The notes below the pieces were generated by a model. The model worked only from the letters and a program-made list of their open reading frames with translations, was not told where the DNA came from and ran no database searches. Positions 1-14,328 of a DNA stretch of 64,000 bases are shown here, in pieces (position 1 is the first letter of the stretch; every line of letters starts with the position of its first letter). The stretch comes from Eledone cirrhosa (taxonomy: Eukaryota), in assembly GCA_964016885.1 (NCBI GenBank), contig OZ024765.1:9176001-9240000 (forward strand), in the 5' to 3' direction. Made by a program: the position numbers and the translations under genes.

Positions 1-2
1 AG

Positions 3-134
3 ATTGGTGACGCTATCTCTGAAGATGCATTCGTGAAGACCATCTCGAAGAAAATCCAGGGAAAAATTAATTTAACCGAAGAAGAAGCAGCAGAACAGTC
101 TGAAGTGTACAAGAGATCAAGTATTTATTCAAAG
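3..134 (+). CDS. WFS1: Penultimate coding exon of wolframin (5' boundary may lie at or before the window start)
   Basis: Open frame IGDAISEDAFVKTISKKIQGKINLTEEEAAEQSEVYKRSSIYSK ends at the donor AAG|GTAAGT (135). It is phase 0 and joins in frame to the acceptor TTTAG|ATA at 2669. Confidence 0.75.
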
Positions 135-255
135 GTAAGTACTTGGACATTCAATATGACAGACATTTTACACATCAACTACAGCATTAACCTTTTTTAT
201 TACCAGCGTGGTTCTATGAACCAAATCCACCCAGTTTTAGAGGGGTCCTACTTAA

Positions 256-1463
256 CCCTTTAGCATTTACATTACTCTATATATACTATTGTATTGTCAC
301 AGTAAAGGCTTTACCTCACATAATATCTCGCATAACATTTACATTACTCTATATATACTATTGTATTTTCACAGTAAAGGCTTTACCTCACATAATATCT
401 CGCATAACATTTACATTACTCTATATATACTATTGTATTTTCATAGTAAAGGCTTTACCTCACATAATATCTCACATAACATTTACATTACTCTATATAT
501 ACTATTGTATTGTCACAGTAAAGGCTTTACCTCACATAATATCTCACATAACATTTACATTACTCTATATATACTATTGTATTTTCACAGTAAAGGCTTT
601 ACCTCACATAATATCTCGCATAACATTTACATTACTCTATATATACTATTGTATTTTCATAGTAAAGGCTTTACCTCACATAATATCTCACATAACATTT
701 ACATTACTCTATATATACTATTGTATTTTCATAGTAAAGGCTTTACCTCACAGAATATCTCACATAACATTTACATTACTCTATATATACTATTGTATTT
801 TCACAGTAAAGGCTTTACCTCACATAATATCTCACATAACATTTACATTACTCTATATATACTATTGTATTGTCACAGTAAAGGCTTTACCTCACATAAT
901 ATCTCACATAACATTTACATTACTCTATATATACTATTGTATTTTCACAGTAAAGGCTTTACCTCACATAATATCTCACATAACATTTACATTACTCTAT
1001 ATATACTATTGTATTTTCACAGTAAAGGCTTTACCTCACATAATATCTCACATAACATTTACATTACTCTATATATACTATTGTATTGTCACAGTAAAGG
1101 CTTTACCTCACATAATATCTCACATAACATTTACATTACTCTATATATACTATTGTATTTTCACAGTAAAGGCTTTACCTCACATAATATCTCACATAAC
1201 ATTTACATTACTCTATATATACTATTGTATTGTCACAGTAAAGGCTTTACCTCACATAATATCTCGCATAACATTTACATTACTCTATATATACTATTGT
1301 ATTTTCACAGTAAAGGCTTTACCTCACATAATATCGAATTTGAGATTTTGATATTATTTATGTTAATACCTTAACATAAGCATGAGCAGCCGGTTATGTC
1401 CGATTTGAAGATAAAGAGGTGAGAGAATTCTGGCTGGATATGGCCAGTTTAAATGCTAAAGGG
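256..1463. mobile_element. piggyBac-like non-autonomous element (TTAA target site) carrying an expanded minisatellite
   Basis: TTAA|CCCTTTAGCATTTA at 252-269 and TAAATGCTAAAGGG|TTAA at 1450-1467 form a perfect 14-bp TIR with a TTAA duplication. Confidence 0.8.
264..1335 (+). repeat. 72-bp minisatellite, about 15 copies
   Basis: Unit CATTTACATTACTCTATATATACTATTGTATTTTCACAGTAAAGGCTTTACCTCACATAATATCTCACATAA, with few variant sites. Confidence 0.97.
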
Positions 1464-1514
1464 TTAAATCAAAATCTTCCAGCACACAGATACAGTATCA
1501 TTATGTATGGTTTA

Positions 1515-2627
1515 GCAGGAGTGGTGGAGTATCGGATAATATGCCATTACAATGCTGGGTCTTTACATTTTGAGTTCAAATCCTGCTCCGGTCAACTTTG
1601 CCTTCCATCTTTCCAGGGTTGATAAAATAAAGTACCAGTAATGCACTGGGGGTGGATTTATTTGACTTTCCGCTCCCCTAAATTGCTGGCCTTGTGCCTA
1701 AATCAGAAACCATTATTTACACAAAAATAACCACCACACACTGTACTGGCTGGTGCTGTCTTTAATGTTTTCTTAATGTAAACCCTGTGTAGCTAATAGA
1801 GATACCTTTATTATTATTACCAGTAATATACTGGGATAATTGCTGGCCTTGTGCCAAAAGTAGAAACAATTGTGAATTGGCAGTATCAGTAGAGGGTCGG
1901 ACGCCATGAGTTCTAGCAGAGTTACGTCCCTTTATGGTCTGAGTTCAAATCCCGCTGAGGTTAACTTTGCCTTTCATCCTTACAGGGTCGATAAAATAAA
2001 GTACCAGTAATACACTGGGGTAATTGTTGGCCTTGTGCCAAAAGTAGAAACAATTATTATTATTATTATTAATAATAATTGTTTCTACTTTAGGCACAAG
2101 GCCAGCAATTACCCCAGTGTATTACTGGTACTTTATTTTATCGACCCCGTAAGGATGAAAGGCAAAGTAAACCTCGGCGGGATTTGAACTCAGATTGTAA
2201 AGGGACGTAACTATGCTGGAAAGCATGGCGTCCGACCCTCCACCGATACTGCCTAGAGAAGTGGATTGGCAGTGTCGGTTGAGCGGCAGGCACCATGCAG
2301 CAAAGAGTTATGGCCCTTTGCATTCTGAGTTAAAATCCCGCCGAGGTTAACTTCGCCTTTCATTCTTACGGGGTCAATAAAATAAAGTACTAGTAATGCA
2401 CTGGGGTCCATTTAATCGACTTTCCCCTCCCCAAAATTGCTGGCCTTGTGCCTATATAAGAAACCAAGAGTCAAACACCATGCTTTGAAGCATAGAGTTA
2501 CGTCCCTTTATGATCTGAGTTCAAATCCCGCCGAGGTTAACTTTGCCTTTCATCCTTACGGGGTCGATAAAATAAAGTACCAGTAATGCACTGGGTAATT
2601 GCTGGCCTTGTGCCAAAGGTAGAAACA

Positions 2628-2630
<3 letters not shown>
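1515..2630. mobile_element. Cluster of about 5 copies of a tRNA-derived SINE (+ at ~1520, ~1875, ~2265, ~2470; - at ~2075-2255)
   Basis: Recurring GAGTTCAAATCC (B box) followed by GCCGAGGTTAACTTTGCCTTTCATCCTTACGGGGTCGATAAAATAAAGTACCAGT..GGCCTTGTGCC..AGAAAC and an (ATT)n tail. Confidence 0.88.
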
Positions 2631-2662
<32 letters not shown>

Positions 2663-2668
2663 CTTTAG

Positions 2669-4432
2669 ATAATGAAGCACCCGGTGACCACAGTGAAAGT
2701 ATTCGTCCAACATGTACTTGAAGTGGCCTCAACAAAAGGAACCAGTTGGTTGCTGTCTCTCATCCCAACACGACAAATCTACTTCATGATGTTACTGTTT
2801 GTCTACAGTTTCATCACACCAGATCTGCTGATTTTCATCTTCCCATTATTTTTCTTCTATCTTTCCATTGCAGCGATGATTATTTCGACGCTACAGATGT
2901 TTTACAGTCGACAGAAATTGTCAGAAACTGCTCGTCTCACTTCGGTGTTGAAGAATTTCGAGATTGGTGTCGACATTGAGAATGTTGAGTCTCAGTTCTG
3001 CTGGAATTCGTTGACACCATATATTGTGTTCTTTCTTTCGGTCTTTACAACAGTTCTGAATTTTTCTCTAGCAGACAAAGCCTACATCCCTTGTTCGGAG
3101 GTTTGTGTTATATCCCTGCTCCTGGCTGTAAGTTGCTTCATTGCGTTAAGCGACAGTTACGATCACCTCACGTTTGCATGTCTGGCCACCAACTTGTTCG
3201 CGTCTCTTCCGATGTTGATGAAAAACTTCCCGGATATTCCCGTTATCGTCCACCTCCTCCGGTTTATTTCGTCTCCGTTGTTTGTCTTAAACATCGGACT
3301 GGGGTTCAATTTCAACTTCAGCCTTCCATCCGGGGCCTTCCTTGCGCTTCTCTTCCTCTTTATGTTCATGGCCAGAAAGAAGTCATGGCAGGGTTTCTAC
3401 CGAGTCCTCATTCCTCACCTGGTTTGTTACTTCTGGTGGAACTTTGCTATGATACTCTTCTCGTACACTACATGGTGGACCCTCGCTCGTGCCACTATCG
3501 GTTACCTCATGCTCCCTCTGTTGGTACCCCTTTCGTTCTTGACTGCCTGCTTCTCGGTTCTCTACTTCATCTTTAAGATCGTACAATCAGCAGTGTTTGG
3601 GAGAATTCTGACGACTGCCGTTCTGCTCGGGATTCCTCTTGGTCTCACACAAACTCACCTTTTGTTCAGCAACCAAATGAACTCGAAATACCGAGTCGTA
3701 AAAAGAATTGTAATCGCCGTGTTCTGCGTCATTGCAATTGTACCTTTGTTCTTTATTCAGATACCTGCAATGCATGAAGAGACCGAGAGTCAATTAACGT
3801 GGCCTGAATATATCCAGCGATGCAGTAGTATTCCTCCAGGTGAGACTAAGGCTGTTACTGCGATACGCTGCTCACATCTGCAAGGAATAAAAGTAGTATG
3901 GAACGGTACAGTTGAAGACATAATAATTACAAAAGTGGACAACTCAGCTGAGAAATTCATCGAGAGCATACCTGTGTTTATTGCTAACCAGGTACGCTGT
4001 GCTTATGGAGAACCTTATGACTGCAAGGAAGAAAACTTTGATAGCACTGTCGATTACCAACATTGTCAGCAAATGTTATCCCTGGGTCGGACATGTCACC
4101 TCAAGAAATACGATTCCTATACATTCAAAGCTGTAGTCTCCATGCAAGGGTCATTCGTCCAGTGCACGCTCTTAGCTGATTACCGTTTCCAAGAACAACT
4201 GCTGACTTTACGGGTTAAAGACCGCATCAGCTTCATCGGTCTGATAGCGCAGAACTTGGCTCTAGGAGACCCAGTCCTTAACCTTCGTTATATATATTCC
4301 CAAGATCGTGAATTACCCCAAATGTTAGACATTCTTGAGATCCAAGACATCTTCCGAATGAAAATAGTTGAAATGTTAACCATTCTTGTTCGATTTTTCT
4401 TCTTTCCTCTCTTTGAGTTTTCCCAGAATTAG
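2669..4432 (+). CDS. WFS1: Large terminal exon of wolframin (ER multi-pass membrane protein with Cys-rich luminal domain)
   Basis: Motifs [49 protein letters not shown] and [13 protein letters not shown] match vertebrate WFS1 from memory (IPTHHI..FFIPLVIFYLS..MVICTLKVF, WNHLEPY, IPCSE, CSHLEGHRVTWTG). The acceptor AG is at 2667-2668, TAG stop at 4430-4432 and AATAAA at 4443. Human WFS1 also has one large last exon. Confidence 0.92.
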   Translation: MMKHPVTTVKVFVQHVLEVASTKGTSWLLSLIPTRQIYFMMLLFVYSFITPDLLIFIFPLFFFYLSIAAMIISTLQMFYSRQKLSETARLTSVLKNFEIGVDIENVESQFCWNSLTPYIVFFLSVFTTVLNFSLADKAYIPCSEVCVISLLLAVSCFIALSDSYDHLTFACLATNLFASLPMLMKNFPDIPVIVHLLRFISSPLFVLNIGLGFNFNFSLPSGAFLALLFLFMFMARKKSWQGFYRVLIPHLVCYFWWNFAMILFSYTTWWTLARATIGYLMLPLLVPLSFLTACFSVLYFIFKIVQSAVFGRILTTAVLLGIPLGLTQTHLLFSNQMNSKYRVVKRIVIAVFCVIAIVPLFFIQIPAMHEETESQLTWPEYIQRCSSIPPGETKAVTAIRCSHLQGIKVVWNGTVEDIIITKVDNSAEKFIESIPVFIANQVRCAYGEPYDCKEENFDSTVDYQHCQQMLSLGRTCHLKKYDSYTFKAVVSMQGSFVQCTLLADYRFQEQLLTLRVKDRISFIGLIAQNLALGDPVLNLRYIYSQDRELPQMLDILEIQDIFRMKIVEMLTILVRFFFFPLFEFSQN

Positions 4433-4467
4433 AACAACTGGGAATAAAGTAACCCTCCATGTTTACC

Positions 4468-5318
<851 letters not shown>

Positions 5319-5726
5319 ATGAAAGGTATAGAAAGTATTGTAGCAAGAAGCCAACAGTATTCCATAATATATAAGTGACTATAGCGTCAAAATGGGAAAA
5401 TAGTTAACGTAAGATGTGGGAAAAATAATTCAAACTCAATTCAAAAAGAATCAGGATATAGATTTATCCAACAGAATTTAGTGAAATCCAGGGAAAAATC
5501 AATAGAGCCTTAACTCATGATAAAATAAAGTTTAAAATACTCATCCTTCAATTTGGGACAACTACAAATGCTCTGTATAGTCTTGAAAAGACTATTTCAC
5601 GAAAACTTTCAGTGGGGTTGATACATGTATACATATATACACTGTATATATATATATAGCATATATATATATATGTAGCATATATATATATATACCATAT
5701 ATATATATATATATAGCATATACATG

Positions 5727-5764
<38 letters not shown>

Positions 5765-5862
5765 GCATATACATATATGCTATATATATATATATATAGC
5801 ATACACATGTATATATATATATATTTATATATATATATATATATATAGCATATACATATATG

Positions 5863-5907
<45 letters not shown>

Positions 5908-5965
5908 TGTAATCCTGTACCTTTCCGACGGAAATACTTCATTTACACACATATATATATATATA

Positions 5966-6021
<56 letters not shown>

Positions 6022-6124
6022 GATATATATACATATATATATATAGGTATGTTTATTCCGGGTTCAATCAGGGGTAACGACAGTAAGTAAGGTACTCAAT
6101 ACATAGCAGAGTATAAATATTTAA

Positions 6125-6225
6125 TATAGAAAAGGCTTCTACAGAACTAGAACTGTTTCATTTGGGTTTTCCTGATGATTTCCTCCAAATGAAACAGTTC
6201 TAGTCCTGTAGAAGCCATTTCTATA
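6125..6225. repeat. Near-perfect hairpin with ~41-bp arms; possible inverted end of a Penelope-like element
   Basis: TATAGAAAAGGCTTCTACAGAACTAGAACTGTTTCATTTGG ... CCAAATGAAACAGTTCTAGTCCTGTAGAAGCCATTTCTATA. CTGATGA lies in the loop. Confidence 0.75.
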
Positions 6226-6272
<47 letters not shown>

Positions 6273-6289
6273 TGGTGCCCCCCCCCCCC

Positions 6290-6356
6290 CCAATGTACAC
6301 ACACTTTTATTAGAATGCTGTTGAAGTGTGTATACATTTTTGGGGAACAACCTGTA
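6290..6356 (-). mobile_element. Tc1/mariner-like terminal fragment
   Basis: The reverse strand reads TA|CAGGTTGTTCCCCAAAAATGTATACACACTT, resembling CAGGGTGTCCC-type TIRs with a TA site. Confidence 0.45.
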
Positions 6357-6383
6357 TATATATATATATATTTATATAATGTA

Positions 6384-6446
<63 letters not shown>

Positions 6447-7322
6447 TATATACTCACACACACACATATATATATATGCGTCTGTGTATGTGTATATATA
6501 TATATTGTATGCATATATACACATATAGAATGTATGTGTATATATATATATTCACACATAATGTATATATATGTGTGTTTGTATATATATGTACACACAC
6601 ATATAATACCTATGCATATATAGATATATACATATATACACACACACACACACACTCACACACATCTGCATACTTCCACATTTACATATACATAAATTTA
6701 ATTTTATAATTTATTATAATGTATTATAATTTATTAATATATTCAAACTGTTTTGCCAATTGTTCCTCTTAAGTTTGTATATAAATGCAATCCAACTAGT
6801 AAGCCTTTTATATCTAAAAGAACCGATCATCATATTTAGGGATCAGATTAATTCCTTTCGAAGCCCTAACTACTTAAAAGACTATATTGGGTGTCCCCTA
6901 CATATGAAGTCTTCAAAAATATTTTTTGGGGTGTTGGGGGAGGGGGGGGGGGGGCATGATGATGATGTTTAATTTGTATAAAAGGGTTCTTCTTTCTTCC
7001 CTTGGTCCCCCCTAAATATGTGTTTATTTAAGGGTCAGATTTGACCAAGGGAACTATATTTACCATTGCTTTTTTTTTTTTCTATTGCTAAAATTATCTG
7101 CTGGGTGTATAGCAGGGCAAGATGTCTCACTACACACACACATATATACACACACACATGCATATATATATATATAGTATTACTATATATATATATAGTA
7201 ATAATTGTTTCTACGTTAGGCACAAGGCCAGCAATTACCCAGTGTATTACTGGTACTTTATACTATATATATATAGTAATAATAATTACAAAGACCAAAG
7301 TCCGAAGATGGCTCGATAAGGA

Positions 7323-7382
<60 letters not shown>

Positions 7383-7917
7383 CAAAGTGTGGTAAGAAGC
7401 CAGGTGGACCATAACGCACCAGAGTACTCAATACTTAGGGTAGTAGAGCTCAGCCGTCAGGGTCTTGACACTTTTTCTATATATATATGTTTAGCTTGCT
7501 TCATTCTTTTGACTCCGGTGGCTGATGATTTCAGTTTGTTTGGCCTCCATAACGTATGTTAATTGCTCTGGCCTTCTTGTAGTCCATTGAGCGCTTGCTG
7601 CTTATCTCGAAGATTGCGTTTCGTTTTGTTTTTGGCCACTGCCGAAATACGATCTCGCTGAAATTATATTTGTATAAATATATATATATATATATTACAT
7701 TCATTTGATTTATTGATTTTTTATCTGAGTGTCCCGAATCTTCCAGATCGCAACTTTTCGATCGTACGGTTGATTATAGACTTGTTCTATGTGTGACGGT
7801 ATTTTAACGATAGTTATAGCTCTGATTTATCTAAATTATGGAGCCCCCCTGCCGCTCATATCGAATTTTGTTTATCGTGAACTCGTGCGCCGATTTTTCG
7901 ATACTCGATTATTCTAC

Positions 7918-8039
<122 letters not shown>

Positions 8040-8524
8040 TGTATATATGTATTAAAAAAGTATATATAAACCGTAGAGCAAATATTTATTATTAGTACAG
8101 ATTAAAGTTTATGCAAATAATTTCTGCTTTCACCTGCTATGGGATCTTCTGATATACATATATATATATATATATATATAGTATTAAGGATACTATTTAT
8201 GGTTATGTATATACTAAAACTTTTTATAGTTATATATATTTTAAACCCTAAACAGTGAAAGTCAGTAATTTATTACTACCTTATTACCAGTAAGATAAAT
8301 AGCTCAATGTAACAACATCAGTTGTTTTACAGAGCAGTTATATAGAATTCACAAGAATCAAAGCTATGTTCAAAGCATTTATTCGCTTACAATTGTTTCA
8401 TCCAAACCGAGGTTTGGAGCATAGCTTTGATTCCTGTGAATACTCTCTCTCTCTCTCTCCCTGCCCCCCCCCCTCTCTCTCTCTCTGCCTCTCTCTCTCT
8501 ATATATATATATATATACATGTAT

Positions 8525-8862
8525 ATGGAGGCACATGGCTTAGTGGTTAGAGCATTGGCCTTGCAATCGAAAGGTTGTGAGTTCAATTCTCAGACCGGGT
8601 GATGTGTTGTTTCCTTGAGCAAGACACTTTATTTCACATTGCTCCAGTTTACTCAGCTGTAGAAATGAGATGATTGTGACTGGGGTCCCTATCATTCCAC
8701 TGCAAAGTGGTCGTGGAGGTGCCACAGCAAAAAAGCACCCAGCACTCACTGTAAATGAGGTTGGTGTTAGGAAGGGCATCCAGCTGTAGAAATCAAGCCA
8801 GAATCAGTTCCCGTCCCACCCTTGCAAGCAGGGAAAAGCGGACGTAAAATGATGATGATGAT
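8525..8862 (+). mobile_element. tRNA-derived SINE of a second family, with (ATG)n tail
   Basis: A box TGGCTTAGTGG, B box GAGTTCAATTC, central CCTTGAGCAAGACACTT, and 3' end AAAAGCGGACGTAAAATGATGATG. The same 3' end recurs at ~17790-17846. Confidence 0.8.
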
Positions 8863-9189
8863 ATATATATATCTAATCCAATTCAATCCAGGGCCTTTAA
8901 ACTCCTACCAGAGGAACCCCTCCCTGGTTGACCTACACTGTTTTCTGTTATGGTTTTGGTCACATGTATGTGATTGCCTGAAACAACTTGATTAGTACTT
9001 GCTGTATGGCAGTTACAACTTTGATTTATACCTTGTATATATATATATATATATTGGAATAAATGCTCTGAAATAGCGATATATATGTGAATCTAATTGT
9101 AATACGTGACGTATTCTATTCTATAGCGATTAGGTCTTCAAAATGTTTATTATAAACATACAGAATATTTTCGAATATTCTATGTCTAT

Positions 9190-9314
9190 ATTCACATATA
9201 TATATATATGTGTGTGTGTGTGTGTATATCTACTACATACACACACACATATATATATATACATACACACATATATATATATATATGCATATGTGTGTGT
9301 ATATCTATATACAT

Positions 9315-9379
<65 letters not shown>

Positions 9380-9413
9380 TATATGTGTGTATATATCTAT
9401 ATACACACACATA

Positions 9414-9460
<47 letters not shown>

Positions 9461-9612
9461 ATGTATATAGATATACACACACATATGCATATATATATAT
9501 ATATATATCCAGGAAGCTCCAACCGTTAAGGTTGTCTTTTTTTCAGGGTATGTCAATATTTATTTATAAAACAAATTTGTATTTTATCTGATGAAAGCAC
9601 ACCATAACTATG

Positions 9613-9662
<50 letters not shown>

Positions 9663-9777
9663 TGTATATATATATATGTATGTATATATATATGAATGTA
9701 TATATATGTATGTATATATGTATGTATATATATATGTATGTATGTATATATATATATGTATGTATATGTATGTGTAT

Positions 9778-9811
<34 letters not shown>

Positions 9812-9832
9812 GTATATATGTATGTATGTATG

Positions 9833-9872
<40 letters not shown>

Positions 9873-9906
9873 TATGTATGTATATATATATGTGTATGTA
9901 TATATC

Positions 9907-9937
<31 letters not shown>

Positions 9938-10097
9938 ATATGTATGTATGTATATATGTATGTATGTATGTATCTATGTATGTATTTATGTATGTATATA
10001 TGTATTTATTTATGTATGTATATATGTATATATGTATGTATATGTATATATGTATGTATATATGTATGTATATATATATATATGTGTGTATATATGT

Positions 10098-10131
<34 letters not shown>

Positions 10132-10198
10132 ATATATGTATATATATATATGTGTGAATATATGTATATATATATATGTGTGTATATATGTATATATA

Positions 10199-10251
<53 letters not shown>

Positions 10252-10465
10252 GTATGTATATATATACATATATATGTATGTATATATATATATGTATGTA
10301 TATATATATATGTATGTATATATATACATATATATATGTATATACATATATATATGTATATACATATATATATATATATATATACATATGTATATATATA
10401 TATATATATACATATGTATATATATATATATATATACATATGTATATATATACATATACATATAC

Positions 10466-10512
<47 letters not shown>

Positions 10513-10518
10513 TATATA
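9190..10518. repeat. (AT)n/(ATGT)n/(CA)n microsatellite field
   Basis: Low-complexity sequence. It is the source of the many Y/I/M/C pseudo-ORFs. Confidence 0.95.
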
Positions 10519-10920
10519 GTAAAGAATACATGAAGAGAACTTGTTTTTTCATTACAGGGTTTTCTTCTCCCCTTCCGACCCCTAGATACGGCACTAAGCA
10601 CATATTTCTCTCACCTTGTGCGGAAGACTAGTTACTTGTTTCTAACTTATAATCTGACGAGCAAGACCCATTCTCTGAAACACCTGGTGATCCATGGGTA
10701 ATGTGATCCTTGTAGCTTTTCTCGTGAAACAATCCCTCCATGAGATCTTACAGGCGTCATAGTTATGGAGGTACGTTTTCCATTGAATTCCAATGTATTT
10801 CCTGTACCTTTCGTAGTCTGTATGTCTTTCACTCTAGTGGTACTGTACCCCCTGTACTGTACCCCCTGTAATGTACCCCCTGTAATGAAAGCATGTTCTT
10901 TTCATGTATTCCCTTCTCTA
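10517..10920. mobile_element. MITE-like element with ~45-bp imperfect TIRs
   Basis: Left end AAGAATACATGAAGAGAACTTGTTTTTTCATTACAGGG; right end CCCTGTAATGAAAGCATGTTCTTTTCATGTATTCCCTT; flanked by TA runs. Confidence 0.6.
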
Positions 10921-11728
10921 TATATTTTATATTTTTAAGAGCCCAGAAAAATTATCCTTGGGCTCATTATATTACAGGTAAGAACGCGGCTCCTTTACTC
11001 CATTGCTTCATTTGATGTATATATATGTATATATATATATTTTTTTTTTTTATATATATATAAATAAATAAATAAATATATATATATATACCATATATAT
11101 ATCATATATATATATACGTATATATATATGTATATATATACGTATATATATATGTATATATATGGTATATATATATATATATGGTATATATATACATATA
11201 TATGGTATATATATATATATATATATATGGTATATATATATATATGGTATATATATGGTATATATACATATATGGTATATATATATATATGGTATATATA
11301 TGGTATATATACATATATATATATATATGGTATATATATATATATATATGGTATATATATATATATATGGTATATATATGGTATATATATATATGGTATA
11401 TATATATATATGGTATATATATATGGTATATATATATATGGTATATATATATGGTATATATATAATACACATATATAGACACACAACTAGAACTACAACC
11501 ATTCTCTACTAAGCTGGTTGTAGTTTTTATGTCACTGCTTTCAATACAACAAGTAAAAGAACAAAACAACACAAAAACTAAAATATATATTGCCATTTTT
11601 ATTATTTTTGTTTGCATTTTATACATAAATTGTTTATTTTTCATAAATGCTTTTTAAAAATTCACCTGTTTGTTGTTGTTATTATTATCATCAATATTAT
11701 TATTATTATTAATAAAGGGCAGTGAATT

Positions 11729-13542
11729 GGCTGTTGCTGCCCATGTCTCACTACCATGCAACATTGTGCATCTCACACAGGTATCAAACAACCAACCTTT
11801 TGTACGCAGGGAGAAACCCTTCTTTGTCACCAGAGGAGGCAGCTCCCTAAACTTCTTCCAGCCTGTCCTTATTCTAGATACCATGGCCTCGGAACACCCC
11901 CCTCCCATACTAATCTGATCACCTAGGTACTGAAGCTATCAACCACTTTTATAGAACCTACTTGCATTTGAAAAATGTGTCTATCAATGCGACTTCTACT
12001 GTCAAATTTCCCTGTACATCTACTGCATACGTAGTTTTCCCTACCTGTTAGTTTGCCTGCTATCCCACTACATCTCGTGTGTACCCAAGATCTGCATTGT
12101 GTACATTTTATAGAATGTATGCCAGTTCCTTTTCTGCATATCGAACATGGCCATCAGAGTTTTGTCCTTTTTTCTACTTATCAACACTTTTGTTTTAGCT
12201 AGGTTCACACTCAGTCCTCTTAATTCCAACTGCTGTTTCCATAGCCAGAATTTATTCTCTAACTCCTCTACTGATTCTGCTATAAAAACCAGATTGTCAG
12301 TATAGAGAAGTTCCCGTGGGCAGCTAGTCTTAAACTCCTCTGTTATGGCTTGGAGGACTATAATGAACAAGAGCAGGCTGAGGACCGAACTCTGATGTAC
12401 TCCTCCTTGTATCTGGAATTCCTCACTAAACTCCATTCCTACCCTCACTTTACAGACAGCACCTCTGTACAAAGCTTGCACTCTCCTCACAAGCCATTCC
12501 TCATCACCTAGTTTCCTTAGGGATCACCAGATGACAGATTGGGGTACACTATCAAAGGCTTTCTCTAGGTCAACAAAAGCTAAGTATAATGGCTTATTCT
12601 TCTCTAAGAACCTCTCTTGTAGTTGTCTCACTAAGAAGAGGGCATCGGTTGTACTTTTCTCAGGCACAAAACCAAACTGCATCTCATCTAGTTTGACTCT
12701 TTCTCTAATTAGTTGCTCTAATATCCTTTCTGCCACTTTCATAACCTGATCCATCAGTTTTATGCCTCTATAATTGATCCTCTCTAGAGCATCCCCTTTA
12801 CCTTTGTAGCAATTTCTGAGAATACTGCTGCACCACTCTTTGGGTATGACTCCGCCATATATAGCTGATTGATTATGCTTGCAACCAGTTTAGTACCTAC
12901 TTCTCCTCATGCCTTCAGCATCTCAGCAACTATCCCTGATGGTCCAGCTGCCTTACCATTTTTCCTTTCTTTAATTGCCTCTTTGACCTTATAGTCATCA
13001 ATCTCAATAGCTGGTCCCTCTGTTGGGTCAAATGTGGGTAGTTTCTCTCTCTCCCATTCATTCTCCACATTCATCAGCCTCTCATAATGGCATTTCCAGG
13101 CCTCCTTTTTCTGATCATTATTGACACTGAGTACACCAGCATCATTCCGGACATATTTATCTCCAACAACATCCCGATTTACACTGACACACTGCCTTGC
13201 AATGCGGAACACTGCACGTCTTTGATCTTCCCGTCACAGAACATTGGCAACCCTCCTATTCTCAGCCTCCCTGCGTGCTAAGTACACCTGACGTCTAGCT
13301 TCTTTCTTAGCGGCTGTGCATCGGTCTCTACTCCCACCATTTATCCAAGTGTTCCATGCTAGTCTTTTGTCTCTAATGGCCTTATCTACCGTGTTGTCCC
13401 ACCACCAGGTCACTCTCTGTCTGGTCGGAGCTCTGCTCCAGCCACAAGTGTCTTCAGCAGCCTGCAGTAAGTTGTCACATAAGAAATTCCAGTTATCATC
13501 TATGTCATACAATTCTAAAACGGCTTCTTTCTCGTCATACAC
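11729..13542 (-). mobile_element. Degenerate RTE-clade LINE fragment (reverse transcriptase split by stops and frameshifts)
   Basis: Collinear ORF pieces: WWWD..V, GKAAGPSGIVAEMLK, QFGFVPEKSTTDA..LAFVDLEKAFD, GVHQSSVLS.LLF, LLYTDNL (decayed YADD), N.AKTK, and MLHGSETW. Confidence 0.9.
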
Positions 13543-13597
13543 ATCTTTACATACATATATCTTGTGTATAAATACATATATCTTCTTTTATTATATA

Positions 13598-13630
13598 CTA
13601 GCAGTGTATCCCGGCGTTGCACGAGTAAGA
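13598..13630 (-). mobile_element. Helitron-like 3' terminus
   Basis: The reverse strand reads CTCGTGCAACGCCGGG (imperfect hairpin), then ATACACTG, then CTAG|T, which is the typical Helitron 3' architecture. The 5' end was not identified. Confidence 0.55.
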
Positions 13631-14328
13631 ACATTGGTAACAGCACCTCCAATGAGAAACGTTTATTTGTGAGTGCCTGTTAAAAACTCAGGTAAATATA
13701 CCGACAGGAAACTTGTACGTCTTTTGGAGGAAGGAGTGACCAGCAGTACGTTGTTCGGTATTACGAAAAGGTGTAGCAGAGAATCCCGCGTGAACTAACA
13801 GCTTACCTCGAAGATTCATTTGCCAATGCTCCGTTTAGTTGGTATTTGTTGCGTGTGTATGTATATAATATATATATATATGTGGGTCTCAATATGTAAA
13901 CTAAACGACTAACACTGATTTCAGAAAAATCAACTTCTGCGACCCTTTCTACCTTTGACCTTAAAGTATCCCTACAAAATCTCAATTAGTAATCTGTATA
14001 ATTGTGAAAGTTATCAAGAAAGCAACTTAGTAAAGTGAAAGGTAAAGATTTTACAAAATAGTAAGTTGAATGAGTTGTTTCCCTTAGATGAAAGACAGTA
14101 AAACGAAGAGTCTACTGAATGCTAGAAATGGCAGCCACTGAAATATTATTAATAATGATAGTTTTAGTGGTCAAACAACCCTCAAATATGGCCATATTCA
14201 ACAGTTTAACCTAGAATATCTCACTAAACTAATTAAAACCCTCTTCAGCGGTTAAAAATACTAGAAATGGCGACTAAATATCCCTAAATTCAATGATATA
14301 TATAATATACGAGGGTAGGCTGACCAAG

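Noticed and set aside
264-1335. CRISPR-like array
   Set aside because: The units are contiguous and near-identical with no unique spacers, and the context is eukaryotic.
289-1374. 361-aa repetitive ORF
   Set aside because: It is the translation of the 72-bp intronic minisatellite inside a MITE, starts at a non-ATG codon and has no splice context.
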